NCBI GenBank assembly: GCA_051362555.1
Contig: CM120649.1
Location: forward strand, 17,498,567 to 17,562,566
Origin: Lingula anatina
Taxonomy: Eukaryota; Animalia; Brachiopoda
Reading direction: 5' to 3'
DNA: 64,000 bases
Positions 49,801 to 61,000 of this stretch are shown in pieces. The position numbers and the translations under genes are program-made. The notes below the pieces were generated by a model. It worked only from the letters and a program-made list of their open reading frames with translations, was not told the DNA's origin and searched no databases. The first letter of the stretch is position 1. Every line of letters starts with the position of its first letter.

Positions 49801-50779
49801 TCCACCAACAACCCAATCAACACCCACATCAGAGGTAAAGACAAGTCCACCAACAACCCAACCAACACCCACAACAGAGGTAGAGACAAGTCCACCAACA
49901 ACCCAATCAACACCCACAACAGAGGTAGAGACAAGTCCACCAACAACCCAATCAACACCCACAACAAAGGTAGAGACAAGTCCACCAACAACCCAATCAA
50001 CACCCACAACAGAAGTAGAGACAAGTCCACCAACAAACCAAACAACACCCAGAACAAATGTAGAGACAAGTCCACCCACAGTCAAGCCAGCGCCCAAGTC
50101 CACGTCAGAGGCAGAGAAAAGTCCATCAACAACCGAACCCACAACAACATCAGAGGTAGAGGCAACCACACCTTTATTCCAACCATGTCTCAAGCCACCT
50201 GCACCACCCCATGCCAGGATAGCAAGTAATGTGTCCGACGAGCAAAGAGACGGAGTCGTTAATATCACTTTGCTGTGTGACGAAGGTTTCTTTTTCCCTG
50301 ACGGCACGGTGAATAGATCAGTGAGCTGTGTTCCTGGTAAAGGATGGAAGAATTTACAGGGTTGTGTAGGTACGCCATTTTGCTGTATTGGTAGTTTCTT
50401 CAAGGATAAGTCCATTGCCTTGATTCATAGTGGTGCAGAAGAGTATTTGCTTCTCATTGACTGTTGGCGCTCTTCTGTTTTTATCATGTGCAGTGAAGAA
50501 ATGATACATCCTTATATTTCAGAGACAATCCCAGAAGTAAAACCGAAACCAAAAGGCCAAAGATACCCGCCGAAGGAAGCTCCGCTTACCATTGTTGTTC
50601 CAACCGCAACTGTTGCCATAAGTGTTTTAGTAGGCCTCGCCGTATTGGTTTTTGTCTCTGATCTCCCAATATTGTACAGGCACGTGAGGATGGCGATGCG
50701 CAGAGTGCGTGGTTGGTTGCGACGATTGAGGAGAAGACGAACAAATGTCGTCGAACCTGCGCCACGGTTGCTTCGTTAA
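37767..50779 (+). CDS. Paralogue A: type-I membrane protein (SP-LamG-sushi-LamG-mucin VNTR-sushi-TM), 8 exons
   Basis: Exons 37767-37851, 44726-45394, 45764-45931, 46311-46525, 48060-48381, 49016-49126, 49536-50369, 50523-50779 are phase-consistent and open, and every boundary is conserved in paralogue B. Confidence 0.85.
38280..39330 (-). mobile_element. Degenerate L2/CR1-clade LINE reverse transcriptase fragment
   Basis: Minus-strand translations LVLIDMSAAFGSID (about 39260-39300), YGVPRGSVHGPLLFLL (about 39075-39120), LKKLQLIQNSAARLVTK and HWLPIR (about 38600-38730), with stops and frameshifts. Confidence 0.85.
40808..43687. mobile_element. 2.9-kb insertion at a TTAA site with AGG...CCT ends (Kolobok- or Crypton-like), decayed
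   Basis: Empty site aaagaccTTAAttac in B (about 58345); in A flanked by tcaa and ttaa; subterminal inverted homology 40965-41052 vs 43445-43507. Confidence 0.65.
43785..44574. mobile_element. PIF/Harbinger-type non-autonomous element
   Basis: 14-bp TIR AGGCCCAGTCACAA, TAA TSD (43782-84 and 44575-77), GC-rich interior with cgcctccga repeats in both orientations; absent from paralogue B. Confidence 0.88.
44726..45394 (+). CDS. Paralogue A exon 2, LamG/concanavalin-like domain 1
   Basis: FWPLD...DLSGN..NG...GPYG...FTL...IYP...GLHVW...NTW...IG...FDGRLSCVQLFD pattern of laminin-G-3-like folds; 669 nt, phase 1-1. Confidence 0.9.
45764..45931 (+). CDS. Paralogue A exon 3, sushi/CCP domain
   Basis: CPPP...GSVVRYRCLPDY...G...RRCLGNLTWSGRPMTC; phase 1-1, 168 nt. 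Confidence 0.95.
46311..46525 (+). CDS. Paralogue A exon 4, LamG domain 2 N-terminal part
   Basis: GLWIL...DLSGYGNN...SYIHIPNNGALDVRGEFTIM; ttcttag acceptor, gtaaga donor. Confidence 0.9.
46573..46834. mobile_element. MITE inserted in paralogue A intron 4
   Basis: cagggg...cactg ends flanked by ccagt on both sides; absent from B (60690-60705). Confidence 0.6.
48060..48381 (+). CDS. Paralogue A exon 5, LamG domain 2 core
   Basis: WNKIAVTY...G.ISIY...DIYIG; ttttag acceptor, gtaagt donor; 322 nt. Confidence 0.9.
49016..49126 (+). CDS. Paralogue A exon 6, LamG domain 2 C-terminal part
   Basis: KRDGFEGKLGCLMIYN...AWSFC; donor GAG/GTTTTA is weak but conserved in B and phase-correct. Confidence 0.8.
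49536..50369 (+). CDS. Paralogue A exon 7, Pro/Thr mucin repeat plus sushi-like domain
   Basis: 11 copies of about ETSPPTTQPTPTTEV, then CLKPP...CDEGFFFPDG...SCVPGKGW...GC; ccctccag acceptor, gtacgc donor. Confidence 0.9.
49567..50075 (+). repeat. Coding 45-bp VNTR, paralogue A
   Basis: agaggtagagacaagtccaccaacaacccaaccaacacccacaac units. Confidence 0.95.
50523..50779 (+). CDS. Paralogue A exon 8, TM helix and Arg-rich cytoplasmic tail, stop
   Basis: VAISVLVGLAVLVFVSDLP hydrophobic segment, followed by RRVRGWLRRLRRRR; TAA at 50777-50779. Confidence 0.85.
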
Positions 50780-53700
50780 ACCTTTAAGCGGAAGTAGAAT
50801 GTGGTTGAAAGTTAATAATATATATTTTACAAAACTTTTGCTCTGCTAAACATTATGTTTTCTAAGTTTCTGGCATGGGTTCTTTTGAGTTACTTACATT
50901 TTTTAAGGGGAAGTAGAATTCCATTATATCTTTATTAGTATTAATGTATTATGATATAGCAAGCAAAACACACATACAGAAGTATATAATTCCAAATAGA
51001 AGCGAAATTTATTTTTGGTAGTGCAAAATTCATTTACTTATCCTCAGAACATCATATACAAATTCACAAACGTCGTTTGTTCAATTTCCCCAAAACAATT
51101 GCCTAAGTGCCCTCTTTACAACCCAATGGTGGTTCAAACGGTTTTTGATGTTAGTTCGCACTCACTGATGATTTGATTCTCCTTTTGTATTTTACAGCTC
51201 TGACACGATCATTTTTCACTTTTCTGCTAGACCTTCCCTTTTGAAAAACCAACATATGGGATGATAGTCTAAACCGAACACTGGTCGAGCACTGACAAGT
51301 GATGGTTTATTTTCTCATACGTTTTGGCCATTGTTTATTATTATTTTTTTACAGTGTCACGTGTTAAGGGATTTGGCGTAGACAGTACTTTCAAGAAATA
51401 CATTGCAGCTTTAAAACTTTACATTTTTACAGGTAATACACTTGACTACTGCCCTTAATCAGAACAGGAATCCCGTCGTGCCTCATTAAATTTACACGAA
51501 AATCCATCTAATGCAGAAAAGTCATGGCATCGCCTGTGCCGTAGTTTCGCACTAATTAGTGCATCAGCTTGCCTCTTTTAAAATGGCAGATTCATGTGGT
51601 CGCAAATTGAGGAAATATCTGTCTGAAGCAAACAGATTACGTACAGTAAAAACAAGCTTGCTTTTACTGTACTGTTTAGTGTTCACTTTTTGATTTTAAA
51701 CATGTTTATATTTAAAGAACCTTTGGTGTTTGGATAATTACGGAAGATTCTTCTTTCTTTCTTGTATTTTGATCAAAAATTTGAGCTTGATATATAGGAG
51801 TTTTTGGTGTTTAGGTGTAACAGTGACGCCTCAAGTGTTTTTGTCTTTCTTTACTGTTTATATATTTATTTGAGAAGAAGTTTTTTAAATATTAAATGTT
51901 AAATGTTTTGATATTTGTGGAGGACCCATTTATTGTAGTTTGATATAAGTGGTTGGTTTTTGTTCTATCTCAAACCTTTGTGTTCTGGTGTGACGGTCAA
52001 CTCTAAATTGGTTCTACTTCTTCATTGTAAAACCTCTAGTTAATCAGATAAAGTATCTTTAGATTTTTTAATTGATATTTTGATTATTATATAATTGGAG
52101 GATACATTTTTTGAAAACAATTTGATGAATTTCATATTTGATTCTTCAGTAAAAGTCATAGCTTTTGATTTAACATTTGTGTTTAAAATTTTCATTGAAA
52201 GTTAAATAGTTAATGCTTTGACCACTACGAAAGTTTTCTTTGTATTTCAATACAGTTTTGGAAATTGTACGTATTCAGATGCTTTTGTGTGTCAGTGAGA
52301 GCGAGTAGTTTAATATTGATCTTGAGGGTAGGTATTTACTTATTGATATCATTTTTATGCTGAAGTAAACATTATTGTTGTAATTCTTAAAAAAATCTTT
52401 TGCACCTCAAATACTTTGACCTGTCAGAAATTCATTATACTGGTACTAATCTTAATACAAGATATTTGATTCATATATTTATATGTGAATGTTGAAGCTT
52501 TGGTGAAGTAAAATGTAGTTGAAATGGAAGATCAATCTTTTGTCAACCTTATATATTCGCTGTTTTGTACTTGACTGGAATTCGATGTTTCTGTATGAGA
52601 AATACCTTTAAATTGCAGGTGTATGCTTATACATGTATTTTACATGTTGTCGTAAAACAAATTGATTAAACTATCATTTCAAAAATGTATAATTTGTTTC
52701 TTTTTGTTTTTGTAATTCAGGGTATTTTATCTAATTACGATTCAGGTTATCATGCCTTATTAATTTCTTATTCATGCCTTATTTTCTTTAAAAATTAATG
52801 ATGCTCACTTTAACCGATTTATCTTCAAGAATCAAAAATGATTTCTGTGTCTTAATTGCCTTACACTGTGAAATCCAATGTTAATTAATCATATAATGGT
52901 GCCTCATCCCTACCGCTCGTTTAGCGTGGTACATGTCACTCATCAAGTAACCATTTCTATGCACAATCAATGTTGTGACCCTGGCACAGCTATCGCAATC
53001 AGATTAACCCAAGTGGACTTGTCCCGATTGGGTTTTCAGTGGAAACTGAAGACAACCAAAGGTATGCCAAATATTTGTCTATATTAATTTCTCGAATCAA
53101 AGGTGACTATTGCGTTTGGTCCGAATGACCTGCCTCAGAAATCCTGTACATAAGTATATTGACTTTTACTCTTTCGGTGCCTTGTTGCACTTGAAAACAA
53201 ACGGGGCAATCTTTTTATATTTTGATCCATGACAGCATATACATTTTAAATCCAAATCGACCAAGCTAAGAATTTATACACATGTGATAAAAAAAGCTGT
53301 TACACCCCCAATATTTTATGCCAGTACACGTGCTGGAACACGTTTTTGTAAAAGGACATGAAAAGGTTAAAATTGCCCTTAAGAATAGACAAAATAGAAT
53401 TAAAATAAAACAAAATGATAAATGTGACAATTTTTGCTCATTGAACATAAATGCGTCGTTTCAAGGCTTTTCTCATTTGAAGGTTTCATCACAGAAGTAA
53501 GTACTAGTAAACAGCGGCCCTGTAGTAGCCGCGGCCATAAGGTTACATAATAACACTACAGTTATAAATCCATAATGTAAGTTAGTCCATGTTTAAGCAA
53601 TATACAGATTGAAAATAGTAAAAGCCTGCACAAAATAAAAGTAATTCGCACAAAAAATGTATCTTATCGCATTTACTTCTTTTTAATAAGGGAAGAACCC

Positions 53701-56261
53701 AGAAAACAGAATTATTTGAAAAGTATCGCAAAACCCTTCAAATACTTAACGAGTTTTGAAGCAAGTGACGAGTTATCTCTGTTACGATTGTTTAGACAAA
53801 ACAATTTATCAATTTCACAGTCTTCATGAATCACTGTCGCGCAGCATAAAAGGTGGTCACACTGTCACTTTCACTGGGGCACTACATATACATGTATTTT
53901 ACAGACTCTCACACCCCAAAAATAGGACTTGGGTTTCAGGCGAAGTTTACAATGGTTTTCGCGCTAAAATCTAAGTCTACCAAGGTTTAGAAAGGTTTAA
54001 CCGACTTTTGTACATTTGAAAAAAAAAAGATTTTCAGTCTTTCACGGTCACGGGGCAGGCTAAAAATACAGTTGCAGACGGAACCAAGCAACTGGGAGTA
54101 TATGCACAAAACATATAACGTGTCGACAGTTTGATTGATTGATCAATATCATTTTTACTGACTCAGCTTGTGAGCCCAGATGAATATTTCTGTTCATCCT
54201 CTGTAGCACGCTTGCATCATTAAATAGATATAATTGCTGTAATTTGTTTTATGACTCCTAGTGGATACCGTGGAAGGTGTCTGTATCATGTTTTCTCCAT
54301 ATCTATTTATCTCCCTCTGTCAGTTATTTATTTCATTGTAATTTATCTGTTTACAATCATCATTTTATTATTATAATTGATATTATTATAATTATTAAGC
54401 TGTTTATTTATGTATTAACATCCAGTAACATTGGGAATAGATTTACCTCAAAAACGTGAAGGACTTTGAAAGATACAAAAATACCATTTCCAACCACACA
54501 TAGCTGATTAATTTTTAAAAATGCTTTTTTCCATAAATGAATTTTTCACCGCGTTCGTCTGTATGATTGCCTAAACGGTGCGTCATCCATAATTTAGTCG
54601 ATCGTTATATGTATAGAGGACTCGCTCGGAAAAGGTCTTGCGGGTTTTTTTGTTCCAAATCTATATCTCGTCGAGAGCAAAAAACAATTTCCTCCCGCTC
54701 ACAAATCTAAATCTCGTCGAGAGCAAAAAACAATTTCCTCCTGCTCACAAATCATTTTGTGTCCAGGTTTGAAAATTTAAGAGTTTTCATTGTTTGTAAG
54801 GTTTACTTTGAAAAGATATGAAGCTTTTCAAGGTAGTTTTAGGGACCATTCCCATACCCTATCGTACTAGCACGATCGATCTATCTCCAAGGGCTTTCTA
54901 GCTAAAATGCATTTAGTTTAAGCGTACACAAAAGTTAATTACCCCCTAGTAGCTTCAGTGGGTCTGACAGACATTTAAGTTGAATGCAATTTAGAGAGAA
55001 TCCCCTCAGAGTAAGATCGATCCCGCTTGTACGATAGGTTTATGGGAACCCAGCCACAGCCAAACTTTGGCTTTGAGATCTTTTCATAGGTGTATGGTAT
55101 ATGGTAGTATGGTAGTACATTTGGCACAATTCAAAAGTCTACATGTATGTTCACGCTAACGTTTTGTGTGCGGCCATTTTGCTACTCACCAGTAACTTAA
55201 GAGAATACTCAGTGAAATCGATACATGGATATTCCTATGGTGTATACATTGTCACATAAATTTATACTGTATCGTCTCGTCAAGTTTATTAGTATAAAAC
55301 TTGAAAGGCCATTGTATAAACACCCCTACATCTTACCGTTCTCCATGTCTGTCTTTAGTGACCAGTTCCCATGTTACCCCCCCCCCCCAAAAAAAAAAAA
55401 CAAAAAAAAAACGGAAGTCAGTTCCCTGGCTTATTTGACTACATGTAGATGTAAGACTGTTTTTGATAGGATCCCATGTAACTGAGGTCACAAAGATGTT
55501 AGCCACTGGAACTGCCTACTAGTAGGCCTACCTTTTTTTTGTGAAACCGTGGCCAGGTTTGCCCACGTGTGTGTGTGTGTGTGTGTGTATGTGTGTGTGT
55601 GCGAGTGTGTTCACATGTGTCGGTTTTCAACTTTCGTTATATTTCGTACTTATTCGTTTTCATTTCTTTGTTTCCCATGTACCACCTGTTAAACCTTTCT
55701 AACTTCTCGATTCTGAGTCACAATCAATGCGGCAACAGTTCCCCTGAGAAAGACAGATCGCGGTTGTTAAGCAAAAAACAATCAATACGCCAACAGTTTC
55801 CCTGAGAACGAGAACATATATTTGTCATGCTGTTACAGATATTGTCATGTGCGTTGTACCATCATAAATCATCCGGCAACTGCCACAGGTTAAGCAGTAG
55901 AACGAAAGCAATTTTGACTTTCAAAAACACATCAACTTGAATGACGTGAATTAGTAAACAGTCAACACACCTTCCACGTGACATTATAATTTGCTGTGGT
56001 TCACACGTCAAAGTGTCTAACCACTCCTTAGATTGACGATATCACAGCTCAGTTGCCCGACTTTTACACATAGTCTACTGCTTGGCTGTCGCCGTCAACA
56101 TATACGATTGGGAATCCGTTGTTTTCATTATCGTGATAGTGCATAAAAAGAAATAGACCTACATGCTGCTCACGTAGTTTTCATTTTTCCGGCAATTCTA
56201 TAAATGACAAGAAAAAGTATAAAAGGGAAGAAAGCCAAATAGGAATATACTGAAAGAGACT

Positions 56262-56355
56262 ATGGGATATTACAACTGTTACGTGATCTACAAGATTTCC
56301 ATAAAGTTGATGATTTTATTGATGTCAGGATTTTATGCAGACGGTCAAATTTGCG
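56262..56355 (+). CDS. Paralogue B exon 1, signal peptide (MGYYNCYVIYKISIKLMILLMSGFYADGQIC)
   Basis: Homologous to 37767-37851; gtaagt donor. Confidence 0.75.
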
Positions 56356-57189
56356 GTAAGTTTTTTATGTCTTTAGTAACTGAAATGGTTGTAGAATAAT
56401 TACGTGAAGCATATAAACTTTTAAAAGCACAAAACGCAGTCGTTAAAGTGAAAGGCACAAAATAAACTTTAGGACAATTATAACACCGAGTGAGAATCCT
56501 TCACAAGGTCTACCAGCACCCAACGACCTGTGACAAAAGCAAAACGTAGCCGTTTTATAGACAGTTTGTTTCAAAGTACATATAATAATAATAATTTATT
56601 CTTATATAGCGCATACATTAAAGATATCAATGCGTCTAACAATTGCTTTTAATTAAAAGAGCTAAATGTTGCTTTTCAAAGAGTTAAATAGTACAATTTA
56701 TAAAGATATTTAATGACAAAGTTGAGAACTTAAATTTGCAAATTACAAATCTATTATAAAATTAAAAATATGGCTTATTAATAACCTAAATTTTCAGTCT
56801 AAAAGTTAAACATTGTCAGTAAGAATAGTAAGAATAAAAATCCTTGGCATCGTGAAAAATCTTGCAGGTAACGATTTTATATCAAACCACTCCGAAAAAG
56901 GATGACAGTGTGACACATTTTAAAGAGACAGGACCTTTGCTGTTTTTTGCTTTTGTGCTACAGCTGAAATGGATTATGACAGTTTTAAACTTTCTCTCTT
57001 AAACTTATCGTCTTTAATTTTTAAAGATTAGATTCACTGAAGTTTTGAACTAGGATTTCTACCGTTTTTAAATTGTACTTTTATATTGAATTATGATTTT
57101 GTATTAAATACCAATAAATTGAATTGAAATGTATTGTAATGGAATGCTCTAGATAAGAAATAATAATAATAATTCCATCAAGCTCATTA

Positions 57190-57234
<45 letters not shown>

Positions 57235-58013
57235 GTGCTTCCTGAACCAAGTAAGAAACCATTAAAGTTTGGTGAAATTAATTAATTGATAAATGGTTAA
57301 ACATTACTTAATTATTTGTCTGTCTGTCTGTAACATCGTTATGCAAAAAGTTTTTGACGGGTTATGCCGAAAATATTCAGAAACTGTCGAGAGAGGACCG
57401 AGTTTCGTCATATGATATATAAAATTGTTTAAATACGGACAACAACTGTGCTGGTTTACCAAAAACATTTGCTGTTGAACTTTAAAGGGATCAATAGAAT
57501 ATGTCTAAAATTTTGGAAATGGACAATTGAGATGCAGTGTAATACCTAGCATAAGCTGACGTTATACTCTCTGACCACAGGTTGCGCTTTAGTGATCTGT
57601 TTCAAAACTATTGAATCCTTTAATTTTTGTACTTTTTAGTACGTGGTCCCTAATCTCAGAGGGTAAGCTGGAGTGGGAACCCGTAGCTGTATACCTAAGA
57701 ATCGCTTTCATGCACCAAACAATTACTGCTACTTAAACATAAAAAATTGATTTCTGTGAAAAAAGGGACAACCCACCCAGCGCAAAGTTATTAGGGAGCA
57801 AACGGATAAATAATGATTTGTCGAAGGATTTACACAGTTGAAAAAGGTAGTCCAACTTGATGCGTTGCTGTTTCGATCAAACACAAAGAAGTAAAATGTT
57901 AGACCATGTTGATGCTTCACTGATCATGATGATAACAATTGTTAAATATCTTTTTGTTTGGACATAACAGAAGTGATCATGAAATGGTGGGATTCGGTGA
58001 AACCCTGCAATAG

Positions 58014-58075
<62 letters not shown>

Positions 58076-61000
58076 TTCTTGTGAAAACTGATATTGTTTT
58101 CAAAATAACCATATGATTTTGTTGAAAGGGATGTACTTTTTTTCCGATAAAGATCAATCTTGTTGAATATTATTTTACTGTGCAATACAGCTTTACACTT
58201 CCGAACCACTTTGTTGTTGAATTTTAGTTTAAGACGGTAAGAAGAAATTGACGAAAGTCTCCCGATTAAAATTTTGTAGAATTTATAAATATCTTTTTGA
58301 CGTATATAGCACTACATGTATATGTCATGTGTGAACTTTAAAGACCTTAATTACTTACATATAATAGATTGTCAACTGTGAGAGAATGCACCACTGGTGC
58401 GATAATCGCCACCCGGTATGAATAGGATAAAATAAACTTAGTTTGCGTGTCTAATTGTTAATATTTACCAGGCTCATTTGTAACATAATTGTAACTAAAG
58501 GCATTATAAACTGTCTTATAGTAGTTTTTGTGTCTTTGTTTATATTTACCAAGCCCATTTGTAACATAATTGCTTATACCCCTGTATATAAAAGCAATGA
58601 TTTCTTGTCTTTTTAACGTAAGATGATTTTATCTTCTAGGAAATGTAAAGCCAGTAGCTTTCTGGCCACTTGATGCAAACAGTCTTGGCGCCGACCTGAG
58701 CGGAAATTGTCACAATGGCACCCTCTATGATATAACGCCAGCTTCCGGTCCGTACGGAAGCGCCCATGCCCCGCGTTTTTCTAGCGATCATGGCTCACAT
58801 ATGGTGGTGCCTGGGAATCCTGTATTGGCAGTGAGAAGTTTTACTCTGATATTCCTGATTTACCCTGAAAAACTAGACCCTTGTTGTCTGTTTGAGTATA
58901 CTGGGTCAGAAGCACGGGGTCTCCATGTCTGGCAGTTTCCTGAAGGGAACACACTGTATGTCAATCTTCTTGATTTATCATCAAATGACCACGTAATTGA
59001 ACTACCAGATGCGTTCACTGTCAACACTTGGCACAAAGTTATTGTGCAATACGATCATGCCACTGGTAGTGCCATGATAGGGGTTGGAAGGTTGGATACT
59101 CATGTCTTCATCAATAAAACATCCACGCTGGGACAGTTTCAACTAAAAACAGGCATGGACTTAGTGATTGGTAAAAGAAAAAATGACTATCGTGTTTTCG
59201 ATGGACGACTATCCTGCGTTCAGCTGTTTGACACAGCCGTCGATCTACAATGTGTTAATGAAGCTTGGAACAGATGCAAAGAAAGGGCAAATTTAAGTAA
59301 GTACATGTACATACTGAGGCTATTCGTATCATAACATTATGTTTGATTAAGGTGTTACTAGGAGAGTGACTGAGGAGAAAACGGTGTTGAAGTGAAGATT
59401 GTAAAATTTATCACCGGAGTAAAAAAAAAAACAATTGTCTCGAGGTTTGACCAGCCAACACTTATCGCCTAGTGTTTTATCACTGTGTCAAAACATAATT
59501 TATGGTAGAGTAGTATGCTGTTGTAAAAATATTCCCCTTTGTAAAGTAGGCACCGTGTAACGTTCCGATGATGACACAAGTTTAGCATATCAGCATTTTT
59601 GTCATTCATCTCTATATGCAATAACATGTTATGAACATTTAATTAGTCGGTCAAAAAGATGGTTCCGTAATTGCAAAGAGCGCGATTTTAATTTATCGTT
59701 ATTAGTGTAACTAATGCAAAATGGTGTAAATCCGGATCCATTATTTGAACTGAATAATCACTCTCATGCATTTTATAATTTTTTTCAACAAGCATCACGT
59801 GAGGTTTTTTTAAATTTTAATTGGGTCAAACGCGCATTGCATGCCACTAATCCCGTCATAAGAATTTCCTTTTCCAGGTTGTCCACCACCCGAGTGCGGA
59901 ATAAACACAAATTTTTCAGGGAACTTCACTATGGGTTCAGTGGTGATGTTCGATTGTCTCCCTGGATATGCATATATCAGCGGAGACGGACAAAGAAGAT
60001 GTCTGGGAAATTTGACTTGGTCCGGGAGACCAATGACATGTGGAGGTAAAGGATATCTACCATGGCCCCTGTGTGTACGTCTGTTTATAGGTCATCTGGG
60101 TAGACGGAAGTGACGTGGTCATTCCACTTCTGTTTATAATTTGCATGCCTTTGCTCATCCATGAGTTGCCTTAATTAGTATTTAATTATAAAATTAAATT
60201 GAATACGTCATTTAAGGAATATGAAGTGAGGAGTTCAATTTCAGTTGTCATTTATACATAATAAGTATCTTGAGATTTATTTGCATAAAGAAATATGCGT
60301 AAGTAATATTTTATTAAATTTGAATTTTCTAACGCCCTTTGTTTCTTACACACATACGTCAAAAAGATATTTATAAATTCTGAGAATTTGGTTAACAGTT
60401 ATATTTTAGTGGATGGTTATATATATTTTCTTCTCACTCCATAGTGGAACTATCACTTAAAGGATTGTGGATATTATCAGAGCACGTCGGACTTGCCGAT
60501 TTGAGCGGATACGGAAATAACATGACAGTTCATGGTGAATGGGCCTGGGACATCGGTCAGGGAGGAACTGAGGGAACAGCCATCCGACTGAATACAAGTG
60601 ATTCGTACATACATATTCCAAACAATGGCGCACTCGATGTGCGGGGCGAGTTTACCATAATGGTAAGTGTGGATGGAATGCCCTGGATTTCAGAACAGTA
60701 TGCCTCTCAGAACTACCTGTATATAACAGTATGTCTATCATTGCTATCCGTGCGTGGTCACTGAAGACGGCTCAAATAGTCTGTCAAAATACTTTTTTTT
60801 CAAACTATAGATTAACAGTTTCCTTAAAAATATATGTTGTGCCGCCAGATAATCAAAGAATAAAACAACAAATAGAATATAGCCACATGTTTTTTAGACG
60901 ATGTAAATGGAGGTACAACTTAGCAAAAAAGCGAAACTGAAGCAAACTGATTACCGTCCAAATAAATGATTATACAAAGATACAAAAGTACACAAATTGC

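Noticed and set aside
49335-50415. Long alternative-frame and antisense ORFs over the mucin repeat (also 62366-63670)
   Set aside because: Shadows of a stop-poor 45-bp repeat; only the Pro/Thr frame fits the splice phases and the sushi domain
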